Position numbers and translations under genes: made by a program. From NCBI RefSeq assembly GCF_025526975.1, contig NW_026515671.1:1674001-1738000 (forward strand): a DNA stretch of 64,000 nt. Reading direction: 5' to 3'. Of this stretch, positions 13,485 to 27,919 are shown piece by piece. The notes under the pieces are model-generated. The model ran no database searches. It was not told the DNA's origin and saw nothing but the letters and a program-made list of their open reading frames with translations. The first letter of the stretch is position 1, and each line of letters begins with the position of its first letter. This DNA comes from Fimicolochytrium jonesii (lineage: Eukaryota).

Positions 13485-14217
13485 AAAATCTCCACCTGAA
13501 CGAGATCGTTTGCAGGACCATGGAGACTTTGTACGCATTGCAGACGGGCGTATCATAGCATATCACATCATATCATGTACCGGGGTTTTTTTGGGAGGGG
13601 TGGTGGAGCGCGGCGGGCGCTATAGAACGGGGGGGGGTTTTTTTGGAATAGGCAGTTGCGGAATAGGATAGAAGAGCATGTAGGATGTTCAGGCGTCGAG
13701 GCGATTTAGAACGAGAAGTATACACCATCCGAAACGGTCATGCTTGTTTTACCGGTTGGCTTCACTTCTCGTCTTTCTCGTATGCCCGTCTTCAGCAGAT
13801 ACGTTGCTCCTGGGTGGACAAACAAAACAAAACACGACTGCCCGAAAAACAATGGCATCTCAGAAACGGAAAGGGACGACGAAAAGGCACAAGACTTGGG
13901 TTAAGAGTAGACGGTTGAAACATTTGAAGGTACAGAACAGGAAATACAAAATAGAATAGAGGTAGGAGAAAGGGGGGAGAAATGCGACAACGGTTCGGGA
14001 TGGGGTGATGGGATGAGGGGTTGGGGGTTGGGGGTTTCCGGGGATGGCGGTACTTTGAATTGGGGGTGGGTTGCTGGGGGGGAAATGAACAGTGAAGAGG
14101 TAAAATGTGTCGATGGGTTCTTGCATAAATAAAAATGCATGGCAAAATGAAAGGGGTAGTTCCCACCAAACCCCTCCACCGACTCTCCCCGCAAGGTAAA
14201 CGATGGGGTTTCCCCCC

Positions 14218-15569
14218 TTACGCGTTCGCACGCGCGGCCTTCCTAGCATCCCTCGTCTGGGCGACGAAACCAGTCTTGATCGCCGACACGGTCCTGGTGG
14301 ATCCGCACGACTCACACTGCAGGAAAAAGAGACGGTTTTCCTTCATCATGATCGTGTCGGCCGATTTGCAGGTTTTGCATGTTACGTATTCCACTGTGAA
14401 AATAAAAATGCCCCATTCGGAAGGGGTTAGACACCTCGTCGACGAAAAGAAAAGTGGGGAAGAAAAAACCAGCAGGGTACGTACTGATATAACGCTTAAG
14501 CACATTCTCAATCTGCTTCGGCTGGAACCGCCCTTTAATAACCAACCGCTGAGCACCATCGATGGAGCCCGTGGTTCCCAACTCGGCAAACAGGAACTGG
14601 ATGACGTGGTCGGGCTGACGGTGCATGCGCTTGCAGATGTCGACGACGTTGGCGAAGAGGGTCTTCTTGGTGCCTTCGCGGAGGACTTGCGGGGGCGCGA
14701 TCGTGTACCGCTTTTTGTCGCCGACGAGGTCGGGGTTGTTTTCGCGAAGGACGGAGAAGACGCGGTGGAGGAGCTGGAAAAAATATGGGAGGGAGAAGAT
14801 TTGTGAGCACGAGGTGAAGATGACAACAGCTGAGGTTAGCTCCAAAAGCAGACATACCTCTTCGTAGGTGTAGTCCCTAGTGCTTCCCAGCCATGGCTCT
14901 CCCTCCGACGCCTTTGCGCCCGCGGTCTCCTCCCCAGCAGCCGTCTCCTCCACACCGACCGACTCGGTTCCATCCTTCAACGCCGCCTCGAAATCCGCCA
15001 AATCGGTCTTCTTGGACCTCTTCTTCTTCTTCTTCTCCCCAAACACAAACTCCTCTGCGGGTGCAGCGGCAGCACCCGAGGCGTCGGCGTCGTCGGCGCC
15101 CTCAGCGTCCGCGCCGTCTTCGGTGGTGCCCGTGGGGGTGTCGTCACCCTCGAAGGTGGCCTTCTTCTTTTTCTTTTTCTTCTTCAGGTCTGCGAATACG
15201 TTGGCGGCGTCGTCGTCCTCTGCGGCGGCGCCGGTGGCGGCTGGTTCTGCTGCTGCGTCGTCGTCGGCTAGTATTGTTGTTTGTTCTGACTCCTGTTGTT
15301 GGGAGTCGTCGTCGAAATCAGGCACGGCCTTCTTCTTCTTCTTCTTCTTAATTCCAAAGTCGAACTGTGTGCGATTTTTGACATGATCGGATATTGGTGG
15401 CGGTTGGGAAGCCGCGGTGGCGAGGACAGAAAGAAGTGAGCAGTGGTTCCAAAAAAAATAGGGAGGCAGGAGGTGTTTTTGGGTGCAACTCCGAGCCATC
15501 TCTGACAGAAAGCAGGGCAGAACTTACGGTCTCGGTGTCCTGGACGGGCTTTTCGTCGTTTAGCGACAT
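14218..15569 (-). CDS. SUI3: Translation initiation factor eIF2 beta, multi-exon
   Basis: Three poly-Lys boxes, [40 protein letters not shown], and a C2-C2 zinc finger YVTCKTCKS...CESCGS. Confidence 0.97.
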
Positions 15570-17821
15570 GTTCGGATGTCTATGCGATAGATCGAGGTAT
15601 GCGGGTGGAGTGCCAGAGTGCCTTTAATGCTTGTGCTGTGGGGGGCAGGATGGGGCGTCTCCCTCTCTGCTGTGTTGCTGTGGTTGCAGAGTGATTTTAA
15701 CGAAGGTAAGATCTCCGGGTCTGTTCCTTTTTGTTGAAGCTGTTTCCGTCGCCGCCCTTTGTGTCGCTCCTCTTGAATGCCTTTCTCAGTGAGTCACACC
15801 GCCCCCACTGACAGCACCGCTCCCCCTCGCTTCGATTGACAGGCAAAATGCGCTTTCCAGACTTCCGCAGGAGAGGATCCTCACGCACCATCAGACGCTG
15901 TCCACCACCGCAGCCACGCAGACGTCGGCCAAGAGGAAACGCAAACGCAAGCCTACTATAGTACGGGAACCAGTTCAGTCACCTTCGAGCGTGGAGACGT
16001 GATTTCAAATCAAATCCAGGAGGTGCCTGTCATTTGAGCACTCGTCGCCGTCAGTCGTTTTATCCAACTAAAACGAGCAGCAAGTGGTTCTATAACCACA
16101 TGTGCACCATGTGCCCGATTTTGCGCAAAGATGGACGCATGAAAAGAAGCGGCGGACTGTGGAAGGTTGTGAAAGATCTCCAACTGCGAGAGGTGAGGTT
16201 TCATCGAACTCTGCCAAAGCGATTTGTGTGATAAACCACTTGGATATCCGATTCGATGTCCCATTGGCGCAATGTCCTCTCAGTTGTTGAGAAAGGCAGT
16301 TGTCACGAGAAAGATCACAACCACGAACAGCTGCACAAAGTCTTCGGGCGCAAAGGTTATCAGCACTGCGCCAACATCCTACGACTGCACTACTACACAG
16401 GCAGTCCATCGGGTAGGTATTTCTTCAAAAGGTCGGTCACAAGGGAGGGAGGGTGCGGGATACGGTTTGCTGTGGTGTGTGCAGAAGCTGTGCGTAGTTG
16501 CCGGATGAGGGAACGGGAAAGTGGGGAACTGCTGAAGTCGCCTCATGGAAAGGGCCTCAATTCTACTGCCTAAATTTCATGGGAAAGCAGTTCATCATGA
16601 CCTTGGCCTGGTGTCGGCTTAGATGCTGAGGAAACCGCGCAGAAACCCGAGGTCGTACAGTACGTTGGGAGGTGAATTGGGGGCCCGTTAGTGAATAGGC
16701 ACAGTTGGAAGCGGTCGTGGCGCAGGACAAGAGTAAAGGCGAATAGAGGGGAGTGAAGGCGAAAGGAGAGAAGCCAAAGCTGCATTTCAAGTACATGGAC
16801 TGACGATCGGGGAGATCCTGATCAAACCATTTATCAAAAACACTCTTGGGTTGAGCAAATACCGCGGGCATGGAACGGCCGTCCTCCGTGGAATGCGACA
16901 AGCGTTGAAATAACCTAGAGCACTGTGCTTCGCCCCTTCTCTACAGTCACCGACAGTTCGCTCTTGAAGGACGTATAGTACCGTCAAAGCCAGTCAGCAG
17001 TTGGGCCTGTTGGCCACTTGGGTCGAGTTCTGGGTCGAGTTGCTGAGGAAATCCGCTTGTTCAGCCAAAGCTTTACGGAGCGTACAAAAGCCGTCCTCCA
17101 CCCCCATGAAAAGCAGTCCTTGATGCGACAAAGAGGCGCAAATGGGACAGAGAGCTGTGTATACCATCTCATTCTTCACGGCATACCCACAGTCTCCGTC
17201 GGCGGGCCATTTGTGAGTTCTCTTGACCAAAGCTTCTGAGTGCTCATTGTCTGGGGACCGTAACGGGTTGCCAGCTCCCGCTACAAGAGCGACATCAACG
17301 CCACCCTCTCCATCACCCTCTCCCAAAGCCTTCACACTCATTGTCGGTTGTCTCTCGACACTCAAACGAAATGGAGATTACCATACCTATAACGTACCGC
17401 CATTTGTCCCTTGCGGGGGACGAGCAGTACGCCTCAAACAGGCACCTTGGGTATTCTTGCGTACGCCTAGTCACCCCCACTACGGAAAGGTGGCAGGTAT
17501 AGGACCTTTGGAGGAGAGGACATACTGACAGACTTTAGGTCCTCTCGCTCCGGTCCCGATCGCTTGGAGGAAACCACAGGAGTTTTCTGCTTGAGCGGCC
17601 TTTTTGTACCCGTCCTGGGAATAGAATGTGGCGGGTGCACGTGACTTCACGTGAGGGAGGGACGTTCATTGCGCTCAGAGGATGCAGGGTCGGATGGGGG
17701 GGGGGGGGGGGGGGGGGGAAACCATCACAGAGCAAGCACAGCAAACAGAAAGCGAGACCAAAGCGCATCCACGCCTTCATCGTACACCCACCCAAACCAG
17801 CTCAAATACTCACGCTCCACC

Positions 17822-19594
17822 ATGGGCCGTATTTCGCGCTCATCGGCCGCTGCAGAACACGCGGACGAGGACGACCAACACTACGAGGACGACCAGATGC
17901 AGGTTGACGAGGAGCAAGATCCTGAGGAGGAAGCCGAGGACGAAGATGAAGACGAAGACGACGATGAGAATAGAACTTATGATGTCGAGAAGATCTTGTC
18001 TCATAGACGCGATAGGAAGGTAAGTAATGGGGGAAGGTGGACATTGTTGATCTTTCGTGTTTGAGATGATCTGCCTGCGGGGATTCCCATCAACGCGAAT
18101 AGGAGAAAAATCACGGTACTTACAATCTTCTGCCCGTTTCACCCAATTTCCTAGACGGGCAAAGACGAATTCCGCATCAAATGGGCAGGGTACCCCTCGA
18201 CCCAAAACACGTGGGAGCCTATTGAAAACATCACTTCGAAACAGTTACTCGAGGACTACTGGGCTGAGGTCGCGAAAAAGGGCAAAGGTGATAAAGCAAA
18301 GTCACCTGTGAGGAAGGGCAGGGCTTCTGCCGCCGCGACGCCTGCGACTGGCCGGAGTAGCCGATCAACCAGGTCGGCTGCCGTGGAGAGTGAAGAGGAG
18401 CAGGAAGACGAGGAAGAAGAACATGAGGAGGCTCCGGCGAAGCGCCGCGGAAGACCAGCTAAGTCGGCTAGTAATGGCCGCGTTGGAAGGGCTACTAATG
18501 TGCGTAAGTTTTCTCCTTGTTACTCTCAACTACCGCTTGGAACGGCACTCGCCTGGGAACAGATCTACTCACCGTTCTTGCCCTTGACTGCGACCATAGA
18601 CACGAAAACGGGATGACGAAGATGACGAGCACGATGAACGCGCACCCCGCAAGCGTCAGCTCCGCACCCGCGACGTCACGCCCCCTATCTCGCACGACGT
18701 CGAGGACGGGGAAGAAATCGACGACGACGACGACGAACCGCGTCCCCTCAAGCTCCGCTCATCACGCACCACCGCAGCTAGCTCAGGGTCCCCCGCCGCC
18801 AAACGCAAAGCCGTTCCCCGCAAACCCACACAGTCCATCTTCAACGCGATGCCCGACGCGCCGGACATCGACAACGACGAAACGGACGGCGACGATCCGC
18901 ACGTGACCAAAGAGGGCTTCATCGCTGAATCCCGCATGGACCCCAAACTGATGGCCAAGCGCTCCTGGGAAGATGATATCGACCATGTCGACACGATTGA
19001 ACGCGCCGGGATCGGGTTGTGCGTGTATCTGGTCTGGAAATCGGGTCTGAAGTCCGTCCACCCCACCCCGACTGCTAACAAGAAGTGTCCGCAGAAGGTA
19101 GGCTCATTCTTTATACCCCGTTGCGACAGATATACGCTCAACGCAACGGAAAAACTAACCCAAACTCCCCCTCAATTCGCCGCCCCCAGCTACTCGCATT
19201 CTACGAGAGCCACCTAAAATTCACACCCCCAGCAAACCCCTCCTCCTCCTCCTCCCCCTCCAACGGCGGAGACCAACTCGAAACTCACGGTGCGCTGGCC
19301 CTAACCCAACCCCCCAACTCAGACCCTGAAGCCGAAGAAAACGACACAACAATCACAACCACCGAAACCACCACGACCCACTTCCGCGTCGCTACAATCT
19401 CCACCAACAACACACTCCCGCCCTCACCCTCCGGCGACATCAGACGTCTGTTTGATGAGTTGGCTGAGGCTGACGCGGGTCTCTCCACCGCCTCCCGGAA
19501 TCATAACGAGGATGAAGAAGAGGAAGAGGGTTTACCTGAAGGATATGAGACGCAACGCGGTCGCGGGGCGGGAATCTACGGCCACCTCTTCTGA
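17822..19594 (+). CDS. HP1/Swi6-like chromodomain plus chromoshadow protein, multi-exon
   Basis: Chromodomain YDVEKILSHR...FRIKWAGYPSTQNTWEPIENI; basic hinge with KRRGRP; chromoshadow SWEDDIDHVDTIE...VYLVWKSG...NKKCPQK|LLAFYESHLKF. Confidence 0.88.
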
Positions 19595-20183
19595 GTGATG
19601 GGAGGGGGGTTAACGCAGGGTGGTGGGAGCGAGTCGGGGAACGGGAAGAGTGGGGGAAGGGTTGCGGGTGTGAAGAGGTTGTTGGCTGGGTTGGGAAACA
19701 CTGTTAAGGGAATTGCGAGGGGAGGGGAGTTTGAGGGATGAGCAAGGGGGTTGGATGGGATGATTATGATGGAAAAGACGGAGGGATTATCCTCTGCAAC
19801 ATGAGAAGCGCGTTTTGAGGAGAGAAGGAGTGGCATATATATACATCACATATCACGACTATGAGGGGGCATTCCGCGAAACACGAGAAAGCAAGGCGCG
19901 AGAGGAGCCGGTGCCCCAAAATAGGGTATTTACAAAACGGAAAAGCGCTACGAGGCTTGGCGGTGGTATGGAAGATTCCGATTGAGTTGCGGGCTACGGC
20001 GGACGGTGTTCGTATGCCGGCGGTAAGGGTAGTGGTGGTGCGGAAGTGAAGCGCGAGTGTGTGGGATTGAACGCGGAGGAGCCCTCTGCGTCGGGAGTCG
20101 GGACATCGCTTATGCTCGCCGTCCGTCCGCCGCGCTGGTTCCTCCGCCCCCACCGGAAGCTTCTTGATCATCCCAGTGCGATT

Positions 20184-21309
20184 TCATTCGCTGTCGACCC
20201 ATTGTGATGCCAACTAGACGAGTTTTCCAAAAACGAATGTCAAGTCGTCCCCCCCTAAACAGGCCGACAGAAGATCGAACAACTACTCACCGGCCCAAGA
20301 TACGGCGCCTGATACCTCTCCAGCGAATCCGCATTCACATACGCCTGATACCTATAGATCGAAAATTCCGAAATCAGCATTCCTTCCCCTCCCCTCTTCA
20401 ATCCAAAAAAACCCCCAAACTCACCCCAACCACCCGACCCCCCCAACGCCCGCGACAAACATCAACCAAACGACAGTCACGCTCATCCAGCTGAAGACGA
20501 ACATCAGGACGAGCAGGGCGGTGGAGGTGAGGGCGGACTGCCAGGCGTGGAAACGCACGTAGTCGTTCTTTTGTTCGAGGATTAGGAGGAGGGTTGCTGG
20601 TTGGAACAAAGAAAAGGAGGGCGAGAGTATTCAGCAGCCATCAACCACAGAATCAGTAAAAAAAAACAACCGTTCGCTTGTCGCTCACGCTAAGAACGAT
20701 GTGAGGGGAGTCTTGCGCTTTGGGCGGTTGCTCGCTCCGCTCGTAAAAGATCTGACGCTTGCTGAGGCTCGCTAAGAGCCGTGGTTAAGGGAGTATTGCG
20801 CCTTTGGCGCAATGTGACTCTCGCCTAGATCACTACGCTCACCGCAGTAATGGAACCAAGGCCTCGCTCGCCGCCCGCCGCAAACAACCACCCTCGTTCC
20901 GCTTGATGGCTCGCTCGCTTCGTGCACGTCTGCCTCCACTTATTGCGAACATACCTGAAATAACACCCAAGACATACGCGCCAGCCGCCTCAATATCCAC
21001 CCTAGCGCCCAGACTCGTCTCATACTTATTCACCCTCTCCTCCGCCCCACCCCCACCTCCAATGCCACTCCCCACCGGTGCATACGAGGATCCTGCTCCT
21101 CCCCCACCACCGCCACTACTACTACTACTGCCCCCACCGCCATGCCCCTGGTGAGGGTATGTGGGACTGCGAGATGGGGTACTTTGCTGGTAGCTTGGGA
21201 TTGTTGTTTTTGGGCGGGATGAGGACGGCAGCGGCGAGGAAGGGGAGGGGAGGGGGCGCGGGTCGGGTGGGGGTGGCTGGTAGGGAGCGAAGTTTGCGGG
21301 ATGGGACAT
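20184..21309 (-). CDS. UPF0132-like small membrane protein, multi-exon
   Basis: MSHPANFAPYQPPP...YETSLGARVDIEAAGAYVLG...LLILEQKNDYVRFHAWQS...AYVNADSLERYQAPYLGP|LASQWVDSE* matches a conserved fungal family. Confidence 0.8.
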
Positions 21310-21643
21310 TATAAAGAAGGGGTTGTTCTGGCAGCTGTGGTTGTGTTGAGATGTGGAGGGGAGGGCGGGGGGGGGGGGGGGGGGGGATGAGGGGAGTGTT
21401 CCTGAAGTCTTGGAGGGTTGGAGGTGAGACTCCCTTCTGCACAGCCACCCGAACACGTCAACGACTCAACGGCCTCGCAGCAGTGGCAGCACACCTCCGG
21501 AAAGCACACCCCCCACACCCTTCACTACTGTACAGTACTACTGTCCTCAGGTCGCCTGTCATCGCTGCAAATATATACTGTATCAGCCGCCCAGGGTTCA
21601 CTGCACTCTCCGTCTATCCCACCCGCACCCTCCCCAACTCTGA

Positions 21644-22543
21644 ATGAACAAACTTGCGCCCTCCTTCCATCTCCTCACAAGAACATCCCCGTTACTCCGC
21701 ATACTCCCCTCAAGAGTTTCTCCGCTCCCCATCTCACCTCGCAGAAAGATGGGCTCCACCGCCTCGCAAACACCCTCGGGAACAGGATTCCCCGTCGATC
21801 CTACCGGCGCGTACGGCCTCGCCACGTTTGGCGCGGGGTGCTTCTGGGGCGTTGAGAAAAGTTTCAAAAAGAAGTTTGGCGGGGATGTGGATTTGTTGGT
21901 TGGGTATGCTGGAGGTGGGTTCTGGTTGCCATAGCGTTGATGATGTCTGGGAGGAGAGGGCTGGGGGCTCTGCGAGGTGTAGTCTGCAGTTGATAGGGAT
22001 TGTCGATTTGCGGTTATTGATCAGTCGGACCTCACACAGGCGCCGCGGAACAACCAACGTACAGGCAGGTATGCTCCGGCTCAACGGGCCATGCTGAAGC
22101 CCTCCAAGTGAAGTACGATACCAAGAAGATCACCTACGAGAATCTGCTAGACTTTTTGTAAGTGCTGGAAGCCGGGGCTTGTCATCGCTATCGCGTGGGC
22201 GCAATCCAAGTTGACACCCCCCACCGTGACGTTGATTCGTAGCTTCCGCATGCACGACCCAACCACCAAAAACCGCCAAGGCGGCGACACCGGCACCCAA
22301 TACCGCTCCACCATCCTCTACCACACCCCCGAACAACAACGTCTCGCAAAGGACTTCCTCGCAAACATCCAGCATCATTTTGGTAAACACACTGTCGTGA
22401 CGACCCTCGAGCCTGTGGGGACCTTTTGGAATGCCGAGGATTACCACCAGGATTATTTGACGGGTAACCCGCATGGGTATGAGTGTCCGACGCATTTTGA
22501 GAGGAGTTGGGAGAGGATACATGAGATCTATGGGGGGCAGTAG
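21644..22543 (+). CDS. MXR1: Peptide methionine sulfoxide reductase MsrA, multi-exon
   Basis: [12 protein letters not shown] active site, [37 protein letters not shown]...GYEC. Confidence 0.96.
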
Positions 22544-23256
22544 GGGCGTGTGGGGAGGATGCGGCATGTTGGAGGACCGAGACAGGCAGAGCGAAGAGTT
22601 TACCAGTCGGAGGTATCTCCATATGTTAAAGATGGAGGGAGAGACTCGATCGGCGACCCGGCTCTGGTCCGTTGTTGGCTACTCGGCTCCTTGTCTATGT
22701 AGTTGTACGGAAGAGATCGTAGCGTTATTCTAGCTTTTGGAGGTTCGTCTTTCCATTCCTGAGTCACTGTACATAGTAGGAATATAGGGGCTGCAAGAGT
22801 GTTACCCCATCGCTCGATGTAGGCTCTTATATACATTCCCTCTCTCCGTGATCTATCCCCAGAGCTCCGCTGGCACGGGAGCTCGCAAGTGCGACTTGGG
22901 ACGATGTCTGGCCGGAAAATCGGTTTCGTACGGGAACAGGGCGGTTTCCACTTGGTACGCGTCCGCTTTGTGAAGTGACATTGACGGTGCAATTCACCGT
23001 CACCCTGATACGTCGCATACGATCTCGCGCGGCTAGGTTCACCTCGGCTACAAGGGGATGTTCCCAACGCGTTATTTCCATCTGCTAGATCTGCTCACAA
23101 AGACTCGCACAGGAACAAATGTGCGTTACGGCCAGGAATTATGCATCACACCCCCATGTGCTATGTACACTAGCTAGATAGCGCTAAATCCAAGCCATCA
23201 GGCCATCAAGCCGTCGAACCCCAACGCACCCTGTCGAATGATATAGCTTATACATC

Positions 23257-26200
23257 TCACGCCGCCGCCTCCTCACGCTCACCCTCAGCCGCAGGTGCCT
23301 CCTCCCTCACATCCTCCTCGTCACTATCCGCCACCGCCGTCCGTCTAATCTTGCTTAACCGCGGCCTCACCCGCACTTCATCCTCATCCTCCTCATCCCC
23401 ATGCCCATTCGCTTCAGCCCCATCATCCTCCTCGCTCCGTCGCCGTTTCTCCCCATGTGGGCTCTCATCCCCGTCAGTAACCCCCGCCGCCGCTGCAGGG
23501 GAAGGTGAATGACTCCTCCCATCATTCCTACCGTTCTCCGCCGCCGACTCGTGACCGTTGTCACCGTTGGTTCTACCAACCGTATCTTCATCACTGCTAT
23601 CCGAGACGAATTCGGCAGAGAGTTGGGATTGCACGCCGCGTGGACGGCCTCTGCTGCCCGTTCCCCGCGGTTTCTTGTCGGTGCTGGTGTCCGAGTCGCG
23701 GGATTTGGTTGAAGAGGGTTTTTTGCGGAGTTTTTTCCTGGTGGTGCGAATATACACATGTATTAGCCAACTATCATTCGAGGATATATGAAGGAGGGAA
23801 ACTTCAACCAACCTCTTCTCAACCGGCTCCCTCTCCTCACCCGCCGACTCCGGGGACACGTCCCGTTCGCGGTCGCGTTTGTTAGCTCCTCTCCGCTTTC
23901 CGCCGCCACTGGCCTCCTCGCGCTCGCGTTCCTCTTCCGCGTACTGTTGTGCGCGCTGCAGGTCGCTTTGGACTCGCGCTTGGACTTCGGCGCGTTGTTT
24001 GGCTCGTTCTTCTTCCTGAAGGCGGCGTTTCTCGGATTCTTCGTGCTGAATGAGAGATGTGCGACGGAGCGTAAGTCATTCGCGGTCGTCGCGGACACAA
24101 AGAATAGATGCACGATATCATGACACAGCTCTCCCTACCTCACGCCGCCTCTTCTCCTCCTCCCTGGCTTTTTGCTCCTCCCGAATCCGCTCCTTACGCT
24201 CCTCCCTCTGCCTCTCCAGCGTAGTCGTCTCATGAATCTTTTTCTCAGACAACTTGCGTACATCCTTGCAATAAGCCTTCCGATGTGATGCGTGCGCGAT
24301 GTTGTAGTTGGGCCGGCTTTCCGGTGCGCGGTTCGCGAGGGCTCCGAATATCCTGGATATTGAATGGATATTAGAGACTGGTCAAGTCCAAGCTTGATAG
24401 GAGATAGACTTCAAACCTTTCAGCGGTATCAATCCCCTGCAAGGCCCTATGCATAGCCGCCAAATTCCTCCTCTCAATCGGCAAATCATTCAACACCACC
24501 GCCATCTGCTGCTTCACCAACGCAACATTGAACAAGCACGCCGTATCGCTCGGCTCGACCCTCGCCGCCTGCTCAATATACCGCAACGACACCTGCATCG
24601 CCGCCTCGTCTTTCCGCTCGCGGGCAAGGATGTAGTACGCGCGCGCGAGGGCTTGCAGGACATACGCGTCGTTCTCGTTGCCCTTCTTCAGCGCTTTCTC
24701 GTACATGGGTATGGCGCTCTTGGCGTCTTTCTCGTCCTGCGCCAGGATGACGTGCGCGAGGTCCATGGCTACCGCGGGGAGGTTGCCGGTCGCTTGCTCG
24801 ACCTGTCGGAAAATCGCCAATGCGTCCTCTAGCATCCCGACTTCCGCGAGGATGATCCCCATGCCGACGGCTGCGGGCACGTTCTTCTTATCGGCTTTCA
24901 GGGCGGCGTCGTATAGTCGATGCGCACGCTGGATCCATTCGTCCCGCTCTTTGGGGTTATGCCGGGCGGACCGGGCGAGACCGAGCTGGACGTGCGCGAG
25001 GGCTACGAGGGCCTGGATGTTTTGGTTGTCGATGTATTTTAGCACAGAGTCAAAAGCCCGTTTGGCATTGTTTTTGTTGTCGGCGGCTAGGTATGCTTTT
25101 CCCATGTAGAGACGGGGTTCGGGTTGTTTGGGATCGGCTTCGGAGAGGAGCCGGAAGTGTTCGACGGCGTCGTTGTGGCGGCCTTCGTTCATGGCGATTA
25201 TTCCCAGACGGTTGTAGGCTAGAATAGATCGAAAGAAGGACCAAATCAGTTCGCGATCTCAGAAATTGAAGGAATGAATGATTTCCGCTCCGGCCTACCG
25301 ATTCATACCTTCAGAATATCCAGGCTGATCGCGCAACAACTCTTGGTACATATCCTCCGCCCGACTCGTCTCCCCCATACTCTCCTGCACCCTCGCCAGA
25401 TTATACCGCACCGTAACAACAGTAAGCGGCGCATCCTCAGAAACATTGCCTCTCCCAATCTCCTGCTGACACGCCTGCAACGCTAAAAAGTAGAAATCCT
25501 CCGCGAGCCGCAGCAAATTCTCCCGCGTCCAAAACTCCTCGCGTTTCAGCACGTCGTCGATATGCCCTATCGCGGCAAACATGTCGATTGGCGGCCTGTC
25601 GAATGCGGATTGGCCGTCTTCTACCGGAATGTGGGCGGCGGCTGGCCTTTGGAGTCCCGGTAGGATCGGACCCTTGGCGGTTGCGCTCATCCGTTGCGAT
25701 GTGACGTGGCATAAGGATCCGATGTTGTTGTACACTTCTGGAGGTACGGGAGACCCTTGCTGGGTCAGGCGCTTTATCGCTTTGAGGTTCACTGTTCGAG
25801 ACAGATGAGACATGGATATTGGGACATGACCTAAGATTGCGGAGGAAAGGTCTTACATTGCAGCGATCTCTTCATGTTGGTATGTTCCATAACTTTCGCA
25901 ATCTCGAGCCAGACCAAGGGATCCTCTATGGTGCCGCTTGATTTTGACTCGGCCGCGATTCCATTCACTCCATTGACGCTGTCCAGTAATCCACCGGATT
26001 GTTTGTTCGCGCGATCGAATAGCTCGACTGCTTGGGTCCGGTGTTTGGGCGATTGTGCGTATAGATATGCTAGGCGCTGTTTACAGCTCAATGTTACAGA
26101 GCGCTCAGCTGCAGAAGAAACTTTTGGGGTTGACACATACCACAATGACTTCGACGTTATTGGGCTCCTTGGAAAGGATAGCTTCCAGGCATCTCACGCC

Positions 26201-27919
26201 TTTCTCGGCATCGCCTTGTAGAAATATGATTCAGCGATTCAGGTCATCGACAACGCAGTTCTCGGTACACACACACCTTTCTGCACATATAGCATTCCCA
26301 GGGAGTACTGAGCAGATCGTGACCCGGGGTTCAGAGCGTTGGCTTGTTCAAAACACTGCAATGCAGCATCAGAGTCACCCTATATAACCGAACGAGGATC
26401 AGGTCAACACTCCTTGCTTTGAATAGACATGAGAGACTTGAACCAACAAACCTGTGCTTTCAGGGCCTTCCCCTTGCAAACCAACGCCTCCGCACGCAGT
26501 TTTGGGTTATTACTGTGATGCACCACACGATCTGCGTACTCAATTGCCTACAGTTGGCAGATTCGTCAGGAACCACCAGGCATAGTGCATCTCCCGCGTA
26601 CAGATGCATTCTCCAACGTACATCTCCATACGACTGTGTTATCAGTTTCCTCTGGGCCATCTGACACGAAAACAGCGGGTGCTTGCTTTCGTTCTTATAA
26701 ACCAGCAACAGACGCTCGTTGGCGCGAGCCACGATCGCGTCCTTCTCCACTTTCGTCCCGTCGGTCGTAGAGCGAAGGCCGTTCCAGTCAATGATAGAAA
26801 GTAATGTGAGGGCGTCCGGGTTGTTGGGATCCTGTAACGGAAAATCTCAGTAGGATGTTGTAGAACTGATGGCAGCGAGGGAGTGACACACACCACAGCC
26901 AGAGCTCTTTCGAACGCCTTGCGGGCCTGGATCATGGCTCCAAGATTGTAATAGCATATTCCGATTGCCACCCGGACGTCCGGACGCATGTCGGGTTGCA
27001 ATTGCAGAACCCTTTGATATCTCTGCAGGGCAGTTTTGTGGTCTCCACTAGCAGATCGAACCGCACCCTAAACATGTGCAGGACCTGATCAGCAACGGCC
27101 GTGCACAATACGCCATGCCACCTTTCCAGACAGCGCTCCTGATATCATACCTCGCCTAGTAACGCAGGCACACAATTTGGGTCGCGGCGAAGTGCTGCAG
27201 CGAAAGCCTCCAATGCCTCGTCGTGTCGATGCCGCGCCAGGAGAATGTTGCCTAAGTTCACATCCCGAGAGCCAGTTCAGCATCTCGCCTGCCTTTCCCA
27301 TCCAGCCCAATCACTCTCCCCACCTGAGGCAACAATAGCGAACGTATCCTGCGGGTCCATCTTCCGCGCCTCATTCAACAAAGCCGTAGCTTCCAATAGG
27401 CAGTCCTCCTTCGTCAAGTTATTCGATTTGTGCGTGACATAACGACCGTCCGCTGGAGTGGTTTTCGCTAGCTCGATGTAAAACGACGCCAGGACGTTAA
27501 GGAGCAGCAGCTGATGTGGCTGTTCCTTTGGGTTTCGCTCTGGTGGATATCCACGCGACGGGGTCAGTCCCCACTTCCGAAACCTCATAATTCCTGCGAC
27601 GAGAGACCCACCCTGTTGTGCTCGATAGATCCCCGACCGGATCGCTTGCTCAAACTCTAGCAAATGTCCCTGTTTATAGTACTCCAGCTACGAAGCGCAA
27701 ATTAGTACTCCCACCGAAGGTGATCATATAGGGTATGAACCAACGTACCCCAACATCCAGAAACACCCACAGCGCAGCGACCTCGTCGTTCAAGATATTG
27801 AAGACAAACTCTTGGTTTCCCTTCAGTTCCCTTCGGCTGACTTCGAGAACCTCGCCATGTTGTCGGAGGGGGATATCGATGGTCTCCTCGTGGGAAACGT
27901 CGGCCATCTTCGACGACAT
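23257..27919 (-). CDS. CTR9: Paf1 complex TPR subunit CTR9, multi-exon
   Basis: N-terminal TIDIPLRQHGEVLEV, many TPR repeats, PPEVYNNIGSL, VTVRYNLARVQE, CLFNVALVKQQ, and a charged C-terminal tail with LSAEFVSDSSDE. Confidence 0.9.
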
